Below, one piece after another: positions 38,517 through 52,571 of a stretch of DNA of 64,000 bases. The stretch covers positions 7,983-71,982 of the forward strand of contig NW_021836835.1 of the NCBI RefSeq assembly GCF_006345805.1, read 5' to 3'. The position numbers and the translations under genes are program-made. The stretch is from Octopus sinensis. Lineage: Eukaryota. The notes beneath the pieces are model-generated. The model did no database searches and had not been told where the DNA came from. It saw nothing but the letters and a program-made list of their open reading frames with translations. Every line of letters begins with the position of its first letter. Position 1 is the stretch's first letter.

Positions 38517-39338
38517 CCCATAGGCGCAGGAGTGTTTTTTCATTTCTTCGTTATAATACTTTTTAATCAGTTATGTTGTTTTGATATCCTGTTTTTATAA
38601 TGAACATCTGTTCATAATAATTATTGCTTCACCCGTCTCATCTTCTTTAAGATAATTTACTGGTCAATTTTCAGTGGCAGTAGAGCCACTTTTTTACGAA
38701 GGATTCTTTACATTTATGAGTCCCAGATGGAAATTTATACATCGTGTCAATCTATCGACCTAAGTGTTTGTCACTTCCTCCAAAAAGGGTGAAGTTGGAC
38801 ATATTTCTGCTAATTAAGGCACCATTGCCAAAACCAGAACATTAATTAAACAATACTCAGACTACATTAAGGATAAAGAAATGGACTTTTTATGCAGTTT
38901 CAAAATTACAGAAAGCGATTTCTGTGACTTGACTATGATCCATGAAAATAAAGCTCAGAAATACAGTTAGAAATGAACAATGCAGATTTTACGACCAAGC
39001 GATCTCAAATTAAGACCAGAAATTATAGGAACACAATCTCCAATACAATGCCAGAACCACCTTTTACAACTGTTTCCCAAACCGTTGTTCCCAATCACAT
39101 CCAATTACACACAGGAAGATACATATTGCCTTACACTCATCCCATCGACTGTCATAGACGGAACTGTCCAAACAAGCTCCGACGTTAGTAACCACTATTC
39201 ATGCATGTAAAATATACATTTACATACCTGTGCGTAATTATCTATGTATGTTTGTATATGTGCGCATCTATGTATTTGTAAACATGTGTATATGCATCTC
39301 AGAGTGTGTGCATATATGGTCTTGCACCTATGTATTCT

Positions 39339-39378
<40 letters not shown>

Positions 39379-39620
39379 CTTCTGTGTATCTGTAAATGTG
39401 TCCATACGTGCATATATACGTAAATGTTTGCGCGTTTAAAAGTCTGCTGTTAGTTTTAATTTGCTGAAGACAAATTAATTAGGAACCAAGCCAAACATCA
39501 CAAACCATATTAATCCGAAACTTAGTGAGGTGATAATCCCCTGTGGGCTGCGATTGAATATCCGTCTAGTGGTGGAGGCTATGGATATCGCATGTTTAAT
39601 ATACAATGGGATGTTTTAAG

Positions 39621-39832
39621 GTAGATGAGCAAGCAGAATCGTAAGCACGTCGGGTAAAATGCATAGTGGCATTTTGTCCGTCTTTACGTTCTGAGTTCAA
39701 ATTTTCTCGAGGTTGACTTTGCCTTTCATCCTCTCGGGATCGATAAAATAAGTACCAGTTTAGCACTGGGACCGATATAATTCACTTACCCCCCCCCCTA
39801 AAACTTGCTGGCTTTGTGCCAAAATTTGAAGC
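39621..39832 (+). mobile_element. GAGCTGGCAGAA-family SINE, diverged
   Basis: TACGTTCTGAGTTCAAATT...GACTTTGCCTTTCATCCT...AAGTACCAG. Confidence 0.78.
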
Positions 39833-41654
39833 CTATATACATGGAGCCTATCAACATATAACAACCCTATATAAGGGGGTTTGTTATAAGTATCATTGAA
39901 CACATTCACCCACACATGCACGGACGCGTAAACATAAGCATATACACCAACCATCACATGCTCACACATACACTCCCGCATAAGGCTGACACGGATGTAT
40001 CAACGTAGTCGTTCAACCGAGTTAGATACAGTGGTCGAATTCCTCTCCTATTTCTCTCGTATGGCATTTAGCCCGGGTCAAACTTGAACGATCAGGCCTA
40101 TGACAAAAAGCATTTGATCGAAGTGTATCATGTCTAGTTGGTGCTTCGTCGGTCTACATCTGTCCTCTCATCAGCGCTGGTTAGCTGATGCTGCTGCACC
40201 CGCGATCCATAACACTCCACTGATGACTTATCTTCAAGTAATACGAATCATTGACTTCATCATTCAATACGTCCTGTTTTGTTAGAATATGAGGAATGAA
40301 GTGGGGGGTATTTGTCTGTTAATTCGAGGTGACAGGGGTACGACAGGGGTACGACAGAGTCAAAGGCTAAATTCCTCGTTTCGTGAACAAACGTTGTCAA
40401 CAACAGAAGTTAGAAGGCAGAGATGAATGCTCTGAAAGATGAGAGGAAAGCGAAAAGAAAAATAGGGTTAAGGAGAGGTTGGGTAAAGGTATAAAGAAAG
40501 AAATAGAGATAAGAAAAAGAATGAAAAATAAAAAGAAACAAACAAACATAAGTAAATGCAAGGCATGAAAGAGTTAAAACAGAGTCAACTGTACTTTTAT
40601 GGTTGGTCGCTGATATTTTGACTCAGAAATAAGCTATATAATATAGCACAATAAAATATAATTTGCTAATAGACATATTTGATTTATATACAATTAGTTT
40701 TTTATGACCAATTTTTTATGATGTTTCATAAAAAATAAAAAGCTGAAATAGGTAATGCAATTTCTCACTTTTTTGAGTGACAACGCAGTGGAAAGTTGTG
40801 AAGAATTTTTTATTAGTTTAGTCGAGGGAAGAAGAAAAAGACGTTGGCTAAGACCTTTATCGCGGGTTCCAAGACTGGTTGCGGGGAGGAGAGTGTTCTC
40901 GAACAGTAAGCTCGGTTTGAATACTTGCCACCAGGGGTCTCAACTACCGGGCTAAGGACCAGCACTGAACCGAGGATTATTTGGAACTTGACCGCACAGA
41001 AAGAATAAATTTTTTAATTCTATTTCTATTTTATTCCCTACCGTAATCTACTGAGTATCTTTTATATAATACATGTAGAATATATACGTAACATATATGT
41101 GCACTATATATGTAATATATATTAGTATTATATAAAGAATAAATTACATATCATGCATTTTATTGTGTACTATTATGGGCATCTAGTATTTATACAATCT
41201 AGTATTGTATAAAACTGCTCTGTAATCCACAAAAGGACGACTGTTCAGAAGGACACCTATGTGTGTGTGCTTGTATGTCTGTGTGCATTTGTACGAGCGA
41301 GTGAACGTGCGCCACACTACATGTGTGTGTGGGCGTTTATACATCCATATATACTAAAGACTGTATCGTATACTTTGCTCGCTGATTTGGGTATCTGTTT
41401 ATTTTTTTTATCTGATATTAATTAAGGATCTTCTAAAGTATGTAGCTGTACACCTTCATTTTGGCATTTATATATACGAAGACCGAGAAGAAATCTTGAG
41501 AGACTGTATCTTTTATCGAGATAAGTCTTGAAATCACATGAGGAGGAGACAATCTACAACGAAGGATACACCTAAACCAGATGATCAGTATCTCAACCTG
41601 GATGCTATTATATTATATATATATATAGTATATATATATATATAATATACATAC

Positions 41655-41687
<33 letters not shown>

Positions 41688-41705
41688 TATATATACATAT
41701 ACATA

Positions 41706-41763
<58 letters not shown>

Positions 41764-43565
41764 TATATATATATGCTATACATAAAAGTACGTATAGACA
41801 TGTACATGTATATAATGTTATAAAGGTATGTATATGTATGTGAAAAGAATGAGAACGGGTCGAATAAAGGTAAATATTTTTCATGTATCTGTTGTAAAAC
41901 GGTATTTTGCCACTGTTGTATCTGTGTTTGACGACGGTTGTCGCTCTCACAGACATTGTTAGATTCAGAAGACGACGACGGAATTGTTCTATCTGGCACT
42001 GTGCCACCTCTTGTCGTACAGTGTTACAACCTTCACATGCTTGGATCGTTATAACGTCCTCTCAGTATCAGTATAATTACTATATCAGCTCAGACACGAC
42101 TATAAGCAAAGTCTACACGCACTCTCGATCTTCTTGACCTTCTTCTCTCGACTGGCTACTGGTGTATTTATAATGGCTGGCTACTACCACTTTTACTGGG
42201 AAGGGTGTACAGTTTCACTATACAAACATATATATATAATATATATATTTAATATATATATATATATATATTACATTAAATAAGAAAATGCAAATATTCA
42301 GATGATTAACATTCTAGTATAAATATACATAGATGTATGTACTAACAGGCAAACTTACTCAGATTACATAGAATAAAGATTACAAGACTAAAGAGGGGAA
42401 AGATATAGTCTTATAAGTCCGACAGTTGTTTCTAGTGGCTCGAGGTTACTCCACAATGTTGGCGGATGTAGTTTATCAAAGATTTGCAGCTAGCGTTAAA
42501 TATACCATCATGTTTAACCCATTCATGTACAGTTATATTCAACGCTGTTTAGTGAATTTGTACTTTATTCCAGGTCTAGACTATTCGCACATCAATCAAC
42601 AATTGTACCGTTTGCTTTTCTATTCTGAGAGCAACCAGATCTTAGCGGCCATGACAGACGGTATACATAGCTGATGAAGTGAAAATGCATGTGTTCAAAG
42701 GTTCGGTAATGCCATTGATGGACTATTGATGTGTTTATACCCATATTGTCAAAAAGAAGAGTTTCTTCTCTCGAGACAATTTTTGCAGCGCGCTGTATTT
42801 GTATTTTCGAATGTACACAAATATATCAAATATAACTTCACATAACTATATTCCGTGTAGCATTGTTTATTGTGCATCTAACAAATCTAATATGTTTCAC
42901 CTTACATTTATTGAAAGATATTTCGAAGTGTTTTTATGGAAGCAATGTTTGATTCTGCACACGTAAATACAATATCATGGACAGTTCATATGCGAAGGAT
43001 GAAGCCATAAACTTATCATTATTAAACTACGTATCACAATGTTAACTTCTTATAAATCAATTATGTAGTTCTTACTATTTTGCTCAAATAAATTGGCGCA
43101 CAAGATGCGGAACTCGGATTTCTGCTTGTAGTAGCGAGATTCACCACGTGGGTGGCGCGTTGCATATTTGGTTTTGTTGTTATCCTCTTTGACAGGTAAA
43201 TGAAAGTTTACTAACATTCCTTTTATCTCTCTCACGAAATTTTTCATTTAGACAATTAAAAATTGTTTCTTAAACGTAACACATTCATTAAACAATATAC
43301 GATATGATAACTAATTATAGGTACGTGATATTTCGTAATACAACCATAATATACGATAAAGTACGATAAACGTTTTTATAAGTCAACGCAACGTTCGTAC
43401 TCCGTTGCCAGCGCGGTTTTACATTATTTCGATCTTCACCTTTTGACCGACGGATTTAGAAAAATAATTTTGGTAACTAAACACTTTCAAACTTCGGACA
43501 CTGGTAGAATGTGTCATATAAAATATCTTTTACTCTTAGCGTTTTTGAGAAAAGCTTATGTTTAG

Positions 43566-43670
43566 AACCGCTAAGTTACGGCGACGTAAACACACAAGCA
43601 TCGATTGTCGAGTGATGTTCGGGGACAAACACAGACACACACAAACACACACACACACACACACATATAC

Positions 43671-43713
<43 letters not shown>

Positions 43714-43880
43714 TATACGACGGGCTTCTTTCAGTTCCGCCTACGAAATCCACTCACAAGGCTTTGGTCAACCCGAGGCTATAGTAGAAGATACTTGCCC
43801 AAGGTGCCACACAGTAGGGACTGAACCCGAAACAATGCGGTTGGTAAGCAAGCTACTTACTACACAGCCACTCCTACGCC
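43566..43880 (-). mobile_element. AGGAGTGGCTGTGTGG-family SINE, 3'-truncated
   Basis: CACAGCCACTCCTACGCC head, internal microsatellite. Confidence 0.88.
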
Positions 43881-43900
43881 TATATAAGAAATGTGTATGC

Positions 43901-43942
<42 letters not shown>

Positions 43943-44204
43943 ATATATATATATATATATATATAGTGGTGTGTGTATGCATATATATTTGCATACGTGC
44001 ACATACACACAGACACACAGACACACACACGATTCATGATGTCGCAACTGTTGGATAATAATAGAATAGTCTGTTGTATATTGAACAATAATTGCAAAGA
44101 ACAACTTTGAACTTTAGGTTAGAAAACTTCTGTCTTTGGTCACGTGTTCAACAGAATGGTTTTGGTTAACATCGGAGACGATAATTGACTCATTAATATG
44201 CATT

Positions 44205-44544
44205 GGCTTCACCAATATTCTGCGTCGTCATCATCGTCATCACTTCCACCAGCACAAAAAAAAAATCATCACCACCGAAACCACCATCATTACCGTCAGC
44301 GTGACAACCACTATCATCATCATCATGAACATCGTTATCATCATTATCATCATCACAGCAACAACGTTACCAGACTAACACTGCGGCAACACCACCACTA
44401 TCACCGTCACTGCTGCTCCCCCTCCTCATCCACCTCTTCATCATCATCATCATCATCATTATCATCTTCATCATCACCGCCGCCGCCACCGCCATCACCA
44501 CCACCACTACCACTACCATCATCATCATCATCATCATCATCATC

Positions 44545-44596
<52 letters not shown>

Positions 44597-44810
44597 CCAC
44601 CACCACCACCACCATCGTCATCGTCATTATTATCATCCCCTTCAAATAATATATTATTACCAGTAGAGTTACCAAGAATTTCATGACTTTTAAAATTTAT
44701 GGCCGATGTTGTTGGTACTTAACCCCCAGGTCAGCCTTAACCGAGCAGATTTATGATCAAAGACATTCTAGCCGCTGCGACGATCCACTACCACCACTAA
44801 CACCACCACC

Positions 44811-44842
<32 letters not shown>

Positions 44843-44870
44843 ATCATTATTATTATTATTATTATTATTA
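44205..44870. repeat. (CAT/CAC/ATT)n low-complexity tracts
   Basis: Direct inspection. Confidence 0.9.
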
Positions 44871-44959
44871 TCGTATACACACAACAGATTAGACTGTTGG
44901 AAAAGAAATATTCCTAACATCGGATTACAACAACTAACCCTAGATGCCAAGAACCCCTC

Positions 44960-45630
44960 TAAACATCCTAGATGTCCCTAATAACACAGTTTTCTGGAGC
45001 TGTCCAGATCTTTAGGGATAGTTCCTAATGCACCTGTAACTACTGGGATACATTTTACCTGCACTTTCTTGTAATTCAATGGCTAGGTCATGGTATTTTG
45101 CTATTTTTACTATACCTCTCATATTGATTTTTTCATCATTTGGGACTGTAAAGTCAATTAAATGGCATTTTCTATTCTCTTTACCTACTACTACTAAATC
45201 AGGTATTCTAGCTTCTATTACTCCGTCAGTCCTAATGTTAAAGTCCCACAACTAGTTTCATTTCTTTCTTTCCAATACTTTCCTATGTTCATTTTCATAC
45301 CATTTATCAGTATGGTCAAATCCTACATAACTCCCAGTGGATTACTCTTCCTAGACTGTCTTTTCTTGTATTGTTTCTGTGTCAGCTACATTCACTTACT
45401 GCATGAATAACACTTTCCGCTTTTGTTTTGCATAACCTACATTGGGAATCTACTTGGTTTTAATCTATCTTAGCGTTTATCCAATTAGTCCTTAATGCTT
45501 GATCTTATGCAGCTGAATACACATTTCGGGCTCCGTTTTCAGCTTTCCTTACTGCAAACATAGTCATGTCTTACTACTACAATTTGATGCATCTTTGGGA
45601 AACTACCATGCAACACCTTCTTCTGCCAGT
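44960..45630 (-). mobile_element. Dong/R4-clade non-LTR retrotransposon, C-terminal zinc finger and restriction-like endonuclease
   Basis: With frameshifts: WQKKVLHG...AAQDQALRT...DSQCRLCK...ESVIH..SEC...YKKRHD...IHWELC...KWYE...WDFNIRTDGVIEARIPDLVVV.KENRKCHLIDFTVPND...KIAKYHDLAIEL (PD-(D/E)xK type). Confidence 0.88.
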
Positions 45631-45689
45631 CAGAAAATTTCTGGGTTGGGGGATTAACTACGTTTCGGTTCCCTATGTCTTGCTGTGAC

Positions 45690-46490
45690 TCTAGCAACTT
45701 TTAAAAACATTTCTTCAATATTACCTATATAGGAGATGGACTGGAATTGGTGCGTGCTACTCGGTTCCGAGCAGTTGTCAGCAGCTTTCCAACAGCACTT
45801 TACGCGGCTAATTGGGGAGGGTGATAGGTCACCGACGGTAGCGTATTTTAGTTTGTACCTGTACGGACTGCCGTGGCTCTCTGCAGCGAACACGATGTTC
45901 TGCGAAAATCTGATAAAAGCCGCTGAAATTCGGGTGGTAATGGGCGATTGCACAAGTTGTAGGTCATCTGGTTTGGATGTTTTGCTCTATGAATTCTATG
46001 TGTTCGTGCCGGATTTTTTTGGCGCCCTCTTGGCAGACGTCTACCGTAACTAGTAATAGAACGGGAGAATTCCTAGTGCTGTTAGCCGAATGTGATGACA
46101 TTGCTGAAGATAGACGCTGACAGGGGGCGTGCTAAGTAATTATCGGCCAATAACTCTGCTAAACATAGAGTTTAAGATCTTGACGAAGGTGCTAGCGAAA
46201 ATGTGGACACTTGCCGTCGGTAGCCTGGTCGAGAAAGTGCCAACGTGTACTCTCCCGAAGAGGTTTATCTGCAATACCTACTTTATGCGATTCATCATAA
46301 AGCAAGCTGCTACTAAAGCTTGCTTCGGAGGGGGCCTGGTCAATTTTAATCAGTCGAAGGCATTTAATAGTGTAGGCCATCGCTATCTGGAAGCTGTCCT
46401 TAAAGCAGCCGGTTTCAGACCCGTTTTCATAGGCCGGATCTCTGCAATGCCCAGCGGCACCTTCTCGGGGATCGAACTAAATGTCCACAC
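45690..46490 (+). mobile_element. Tx1/L1-like LINE ORF2, reverse transcriptase N-terminal fragment
   Basis: AFQQHF, SSGLDVLLYEFY, NYRPITLLNIEFKILTKVLA, NQSKAFNSVGHRYLEAVLKAAGF. Confidence 0.88.
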
Positions 46491-47149
46491 ATCTCATCTT
46501 AGTTCTTCAAATAATTTGTCGTTAAAAGTTGTACAGATCATTTTGCCTAAGTTTTAATGAATATATTATCTTGTGTCTCTTGAGCGGCACGAATTGAAAG
46601 ATATATATTGTTTGGAGTCTGTAGGTTTATAATGAATATCTGATTTTATTTTGTTGTGGTCATTCTTTCTCAGGATGTATAAAAATCGAATCAGTCTTCA
46701 CTATATTCAGTAGTGAAGTGTATATTTCTAATAATTACATTGAGTGATGCTTTGAATTCTTTTACCGTCAACGAGATATCTTTTCTAGCTTTTTTTTAAA
46801 TATGTTTTTGCCAATAAAAGTCTTCACTGAACATGAAAAATCTATTGTATTCATGATTAATTATTTTTCTATAATTAATTATTTTTCAAAGACTTGCGGT
46901 CATTCACCTGAATAATTTATCCAACTACAATTAAATGTCTTCAATTCCAAAGTCACAAGGGATGTCTGAACAAACCTTCACGACATCGAAAGATACAATA
47001 AAAGTTTTTGAAATGACTGATTTCGGAATATTATTTAGCAATTCTAATCGTCTCTCATAAAAAATTTAATTTGTTTGAAGGACTGTTTGTGTTGGGTCTC
47101 TAAAAGCTTACTGAATCAATGAATTTTACTCACCGGACAAGCGAGTATT

Positions 47150-47430
47150 TTGTAAGAAAAACAGATGGGCTTCCATGAGTCAAATCATAAAAGGCGAACT
47201 CTTACAGTATAAGGAAATCGTCTTGAAAATGATTATGACCGTAGTAAATTTTGATAACCTATTTAGGAAAAACAGGAAACTGCTAAAAATGCACAAAGCA
47301 CACCAGCCTCAAATTAATACCGGCAAGTTCTACCTGCCAAGAAAGAAAATAAACAGAGGATTGCTAAATGTAGAAGACACCGTTTGCGCTGCAATACTGA
47401 GGCTGGAAACAGGGAAAAAAGTATAACGTC
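47150..47430 (+). mobile_element. Dong/R4-clade fragment, RT thumb region
   Basis: RKLLKMHKAHQPQINTGKFYLPRKKINRGLLNVED resembles the R4/Dong RKLLTMH..HPK.D..RLYLPRKEGGRGL motif. Confidence 0.75.
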
Positions 47431-47559
47431 AGTAGCAAGAAAAATACCCAAATACCCAACAGCAACAGCAACAACAACAACAACCTAATGCATTAAACAG
47501 CCGAGATTTTGCTTCAGTAGCAAAACCAAGCAATCAATTCTGTAAGACGCATGACATGT

Positions 47560-48960
47560 CAGAGTCGAGAAGGGGTCGTTGCAATGGGTCGAAATTTGCT
47601 GGTGTCGTTTGTTCCTCTGACAAGAGCTGTGTTATTGGTGTTTTTGTAGGCGCTGTGGTGGTGGTGGTCGTGGTCAGCGCCTCTCTTGTTGTTGGCGTTG
47701 TTGTTTTTCATATAGTTGTTGTTGGTGTCGGTGGTTTTGCTGGAGCTATTTCTGCTTTCTTTTCTTGGGGTTTCTTCTGTTGTTGGGGCCGCTTCTGTTG
47801 TTGGGGCCGCTTGTGTCGTTGGGGTTGCTTCTGTTGTTGTGGTGTGGGTGGGTGGTGGATGCATCAAAGGGTTAGTGCCCTCCTGTTTTAGATGTGGACA
47901 GAAGGCTTTCAGTTGGTTATTCTGTCCACATTGATAACATCTTGGTCTTCTGTCTTCAACTGTGACGGTCAGCATATTACAATCTGGAAGGCTGAGTTTG
48001 GTCAGGAATTTCTTCCAAAACGTCTTGGTTTATTTGGACCATTATTTGCAATTCGAGACCAGTCCAGTCGTTTTTTTTTTCTTTGTTTCTCGACTTGGAA
48101 GATTCTTATTTTATCCTCCAAGTCGAGAAGGGCGGCTGCGACAATCCAGCAAGCGCTCATTTCTAGTGCAACCGCCAGTTTTTTTCTGTCTTGGCGACAC
48201 GTCGTCCCAAGTATGGGAGAACTTGAACAAGCTCACAGTTTCTCAGCTGGGCTGTTGAGTGTTATTTTGCTACGTCTTCTGTAGCAAATCTTACTTCAAT
48301 TGTTCCATGTTTCTTACCCCTCGCCAGATAAGTTACAGCTTTCCAAATGGGTTGCATTTTTCAACTGTTTCATTTCCGGCAGTTTCTATACGTTTATGTT
48401 TTTAATGATATAGTTTTGTACACTATGATAAGTTTGTTTTCTCTATAATCTCTGGTGGTGTGTTTATCGAAACACATCGTTCGCCTTTTTTTCTTTTTAA
48501 CATGTTTTGGTAGTGTTTGAGAGATTCTACAAAAACATTAAGGAATTCAGTTCTAAGCTTTGTCATTGAAGCAAAAACATCGGCTGTTTAATGCGTTGGG
48601 TTATTGTTGTTGTTGTTTTGTTCAATGTGTTAGTGTTGGTGGTGGTGGTAGTGGGAGGGCTTGGATTCACAGGTGTTGCGACGCTGGCAGCTGAATTCCT
48701 TTGCTCTTTTCCTCTTCCTTCTCGCGTTTCTTTTCTTCTTTTTACCTCTGTTGCTCAGCGTTGCACGTGCTAGCAAGATTTTCTGCCTTTTAAGGCGCGG
48801 AGTGGGCAGCGACAAGTAATTTTTACCCTTTTTTGGCTGTCTCCCGTCAACAGAGCGGCTGAAGTCAAAAAGAATGGAAGAGCTGACACACTTCTCCAAG
48901 GACATTTTTTTCATATTTAAAACATTGGAAACTTTTCAAAAAATGGAAATTTTAAATTGA
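47560..48960 (-). mobile_element. Tx1/L1-like LINE, putative 5' UTR and degenerate ORF1
   Basis: VTVEDRRPRCYQCGQNNQLKAFCP zinc knuckle (His to Gln), followed by an 18-bp TTEAAP tandem repeat; resembles the 17-kb ORF1. The 5' boundary is approximate. Confidence 0.65.
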
Positions 48961-49434
48961 AAATTCACCCCAAGAGGGGAAGAGTCCCGCCTAACCACTC
49001 AGCTCAGCAAGATCCCAGTGGGCCTGACCACAGAAATATCGTAAAAATTCTCAGATATAACAATGTTATCTGTAAAAATTGCACAAAACCTTACAGCTCA
49101 CGAACACAAGTCCTTCCCCTTTGAAATCCGCGAACAGAGTTCGTTAACGATAATAGAAACCAATTTGAAAATGATACCAGGCTTACCATCCCTACGGAAG
49201 TTCAAAAAGTCGTGTTAACTGGAACGACTCATGTACTGAGAAGAGCAATATCGCTGTGAAAACAACATCCATTCATGAATTTATTTATTTATTTATTTAT
49301 TTTTTTAAATATATATTTTACCTGTGAATTTGCGTGTGCAATCTGGGAATGCATACAACGAGCTTCTCTACCCTAGGTGTACGGAAAACACTCGGCGAGA
49401 AATGGAAGAACATTTGAAGAAAGAAGAAAAAACA

Positions 49435-49456
49435 CACAACAACAACAACAACAACA

Positions 49457-49506
<50 letters not shown>

Positions 49507-49644
49507 TGATGATGAATGATGATGATGATTATGATGATGATGATGATAGAAAAAATAATAATAATACTAATAATGATGATGATGATGATATAATAATATG
49601 ATAATAATAATAATATATGATGTATGATGATTGAGATGATGATG

Positions 49645-49680
<36 letters not shown>

Positions 49681-49712
49681 TGATGATGATGATGATGATG
49701 ATGATAATAATG

Positions 49713-49789
<77 letters not shown>

Positions 49790-49793
49790 AATA

Positions 49794-49860
<67 letters not shown>

Positions 49861-49875
49861 TAATATGATAATTAT
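49435..49875. repeat. (AAT)n/(GAT)n alternating arrays
   Basis: Direct inspection. Confidence 0.95.
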
Positions 49876-50637
49876 TGCCTCATTCACTCACGACGTTACT
49901 TCCACTTTCTTTCCTTCTATCATAGCAACAGAGAGGTTTACCTTTATTAACACTTCAACAGCAGAAGTAGACAATTTTTGTGTCTAACATAAGCTATGCA
50001 TATACCGCATAGGTCGACATTACCTTCGATCCTTTACAGGTTGATAAGATATTACCATTTTATCACTAGGTTTGGCGTAATCGACTTGCTCACACCACCG
50101 AAATTGCTATGAGTGAGAATTAAAATTCACTTCGTTTCTTCTCTGAAAAAAAAACAACAAACCTCATTCAAATGTAATTGAATTACGTTCAATGAAGAAT
50201 CGATTTGACGAAGTTTTGGTGAAGCAACAGAAACGAAACAGAATTAACTGTTTCCTATTACCTAAAGAAACATAAACCGAGGCTTATCGTTGCCAGTTAA
50301 TATATTTCAATGATGGACCGTTATGTTTTTCCGATTGGGAATTCAAATTCCTAAAGAGCTTATAATAAACAAAGGTGTGAATAAATTAACCTGATGAAAG
50401 TAAAGAAGAATATTAATCGTATTTTAAATAATGGAATTCTTAAAGGAAAATAAATAGTAATAAAAAAAACCATGAAGGAATTGAGACAAAAGATAAAAGT
50501 GGAAGGCGAAATGAGTGATCATCTATCATTCGTATGTATGTATATGTTTGCATATACATGCATGTGTGTGTCTGAGAGTGTGCTTCCGCATGTATATATA
50601 TATACGTATATACATACATATATATATATATATAATA

Positions 50638-50716
<79 letters not shown>

Positions 50717-50740
50717 CGTATATACATACATATATATATC

Positions 50741-51250
50741 AACTATGCGAAACTGTTCGTTGGCTACGTTGACACCCAAATATTTTCAGGATTCCCTGGT
50801 CTCACTCCCGAACGATACGGTCGTTATATTGATGACTGTATCGGCGCGACCTCACTCTCTCCTGAACAACTAGACTCCTTTCTCTCACCTGTCCAATCTT
50901 TCCATCCGGCTGTCGAATTTTCCTGTACTATTTCCAACACTTCCGTCTCCATTCCCGACACTTCGGTCAACATACACGACTCCGCTCTCGCTACTTCCGT
51001 CCACTACAAACACACCGACTCATCCTCATACCTCAACATCTCTCCCTTCTTACCCAATCCCTTATACCCAGCTCTCCATCCCCTATACCCAATTCCTCTA
51101 TCTCAGCAGTCTCTGCAGTGATAACAATGGTTTGGAGACTCAGTCTCAACTCATGGCTCGCCACTGCATCCTTCGTGGATATCCCTTCACCATTATCTAT
51201 ACAGACCTTGCCAGAACACGTTCCATGGACCGTTCCTCTCTCCCCCTCCA
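50741..51250 (+). mobile_element. Penelope-like element, reverse transcriptase fragment
   Basis: NYAKLFVGYV...PERYGRYIDDCIG...FHPAVEF...TSVHYKHTDSSSYL, then after a frameshift SIPYTQFL...LCSD...RGYP. Confidence 0.9.
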
Positions 51251-51336
51251 TCCCTGCACCCTCCCCGCTTTGAATTAAATGTGACCATTTTGCGTTGAGT
51301 CTGCAGTTTGAATCACTTTAACCAAATTTTAGCAGG

Positions 51337-51921
51337 CCGGATTTTTGATCATCACGATGCATCGCCAGCGACTCCCTGAAATCCCCGTTGAGAAATCTAT
51401 TATATATATAATAATACTTTCAATGTGACTCCCGAGAAAGAGTAAAAGTAATTATCCGATGAACGACAGGTATTACTGCTAGTATTAATATATATCAGTA
51501 TTATATATTAATTTTAATGTATAATATACTGTATTCACATTAAAAGTTAATTTGGACACTAAAAGCCATTCTAATTAATAGTCAATCCAATATACATTAG
51601 CGGCGATAATGAATTTTTCGTAGACTGCTTTATTGATTTATATAATAATACTGATGAAACATGAATACTCATACTTAAACACACACAGACACACACATAG
51701 AAGCACATATGCATATAAAGGAACGCATGTATTAAATAAATACATATATGATTCCATAGACAATATAATGTAATAACATATATAAAATGTATGTATGTGT
51801 ATATATTATGTGTTTATATATATATATGTGTATGTATGTATGTATGTATGTATATATCTATATATATATATTATATATATAGCTATATATATATATATTA
51901 TATAGATATATATATGAGTAC

Positions 51922-51953
<32 letters not shown>

Positions 51954-51975
51954 GTGCATATATATATATATCTAC

Positions 51976-52031
<56 letters not shown>

Positions 52032-52097
52032 ATGTGTGTATATGTGTATATATATATATACACACACATACATGCATACATACATACACACACATAC

Positions 52098-52139
<42 letters not shown>

Positions 52140-52237
52140 ATATACACCACCTCTTTTTGTACACCTGTCTTCGTCTTTTGTTTTTTCGTAAACTCTCCTT
52201 ATATATATATATATATTAAAAATATTATTTGAGACAA

Positions 52238-52303
<66 letters not shown>

Positions 52304-52521
52304 TTTATTCTTTATTCTTAATATGTTTCAGTCATTTGACTGCGGCCATACTGTAGCACCACGGTACAGGGTCTTGTTGTCGAAGAAATCAATTGCAGGT
52401 CGTATTCTTTGTAAATCTTGAACTTATTCTATCGAATAAGGGGCGAAAACGCACGACCATCGGTTGCCAAGTGATGGTAGTGGGGACAAATACAGACACT
52501 AAGACACACATAAATACATTC

Positions 52522-52571
<50 letters not shown>

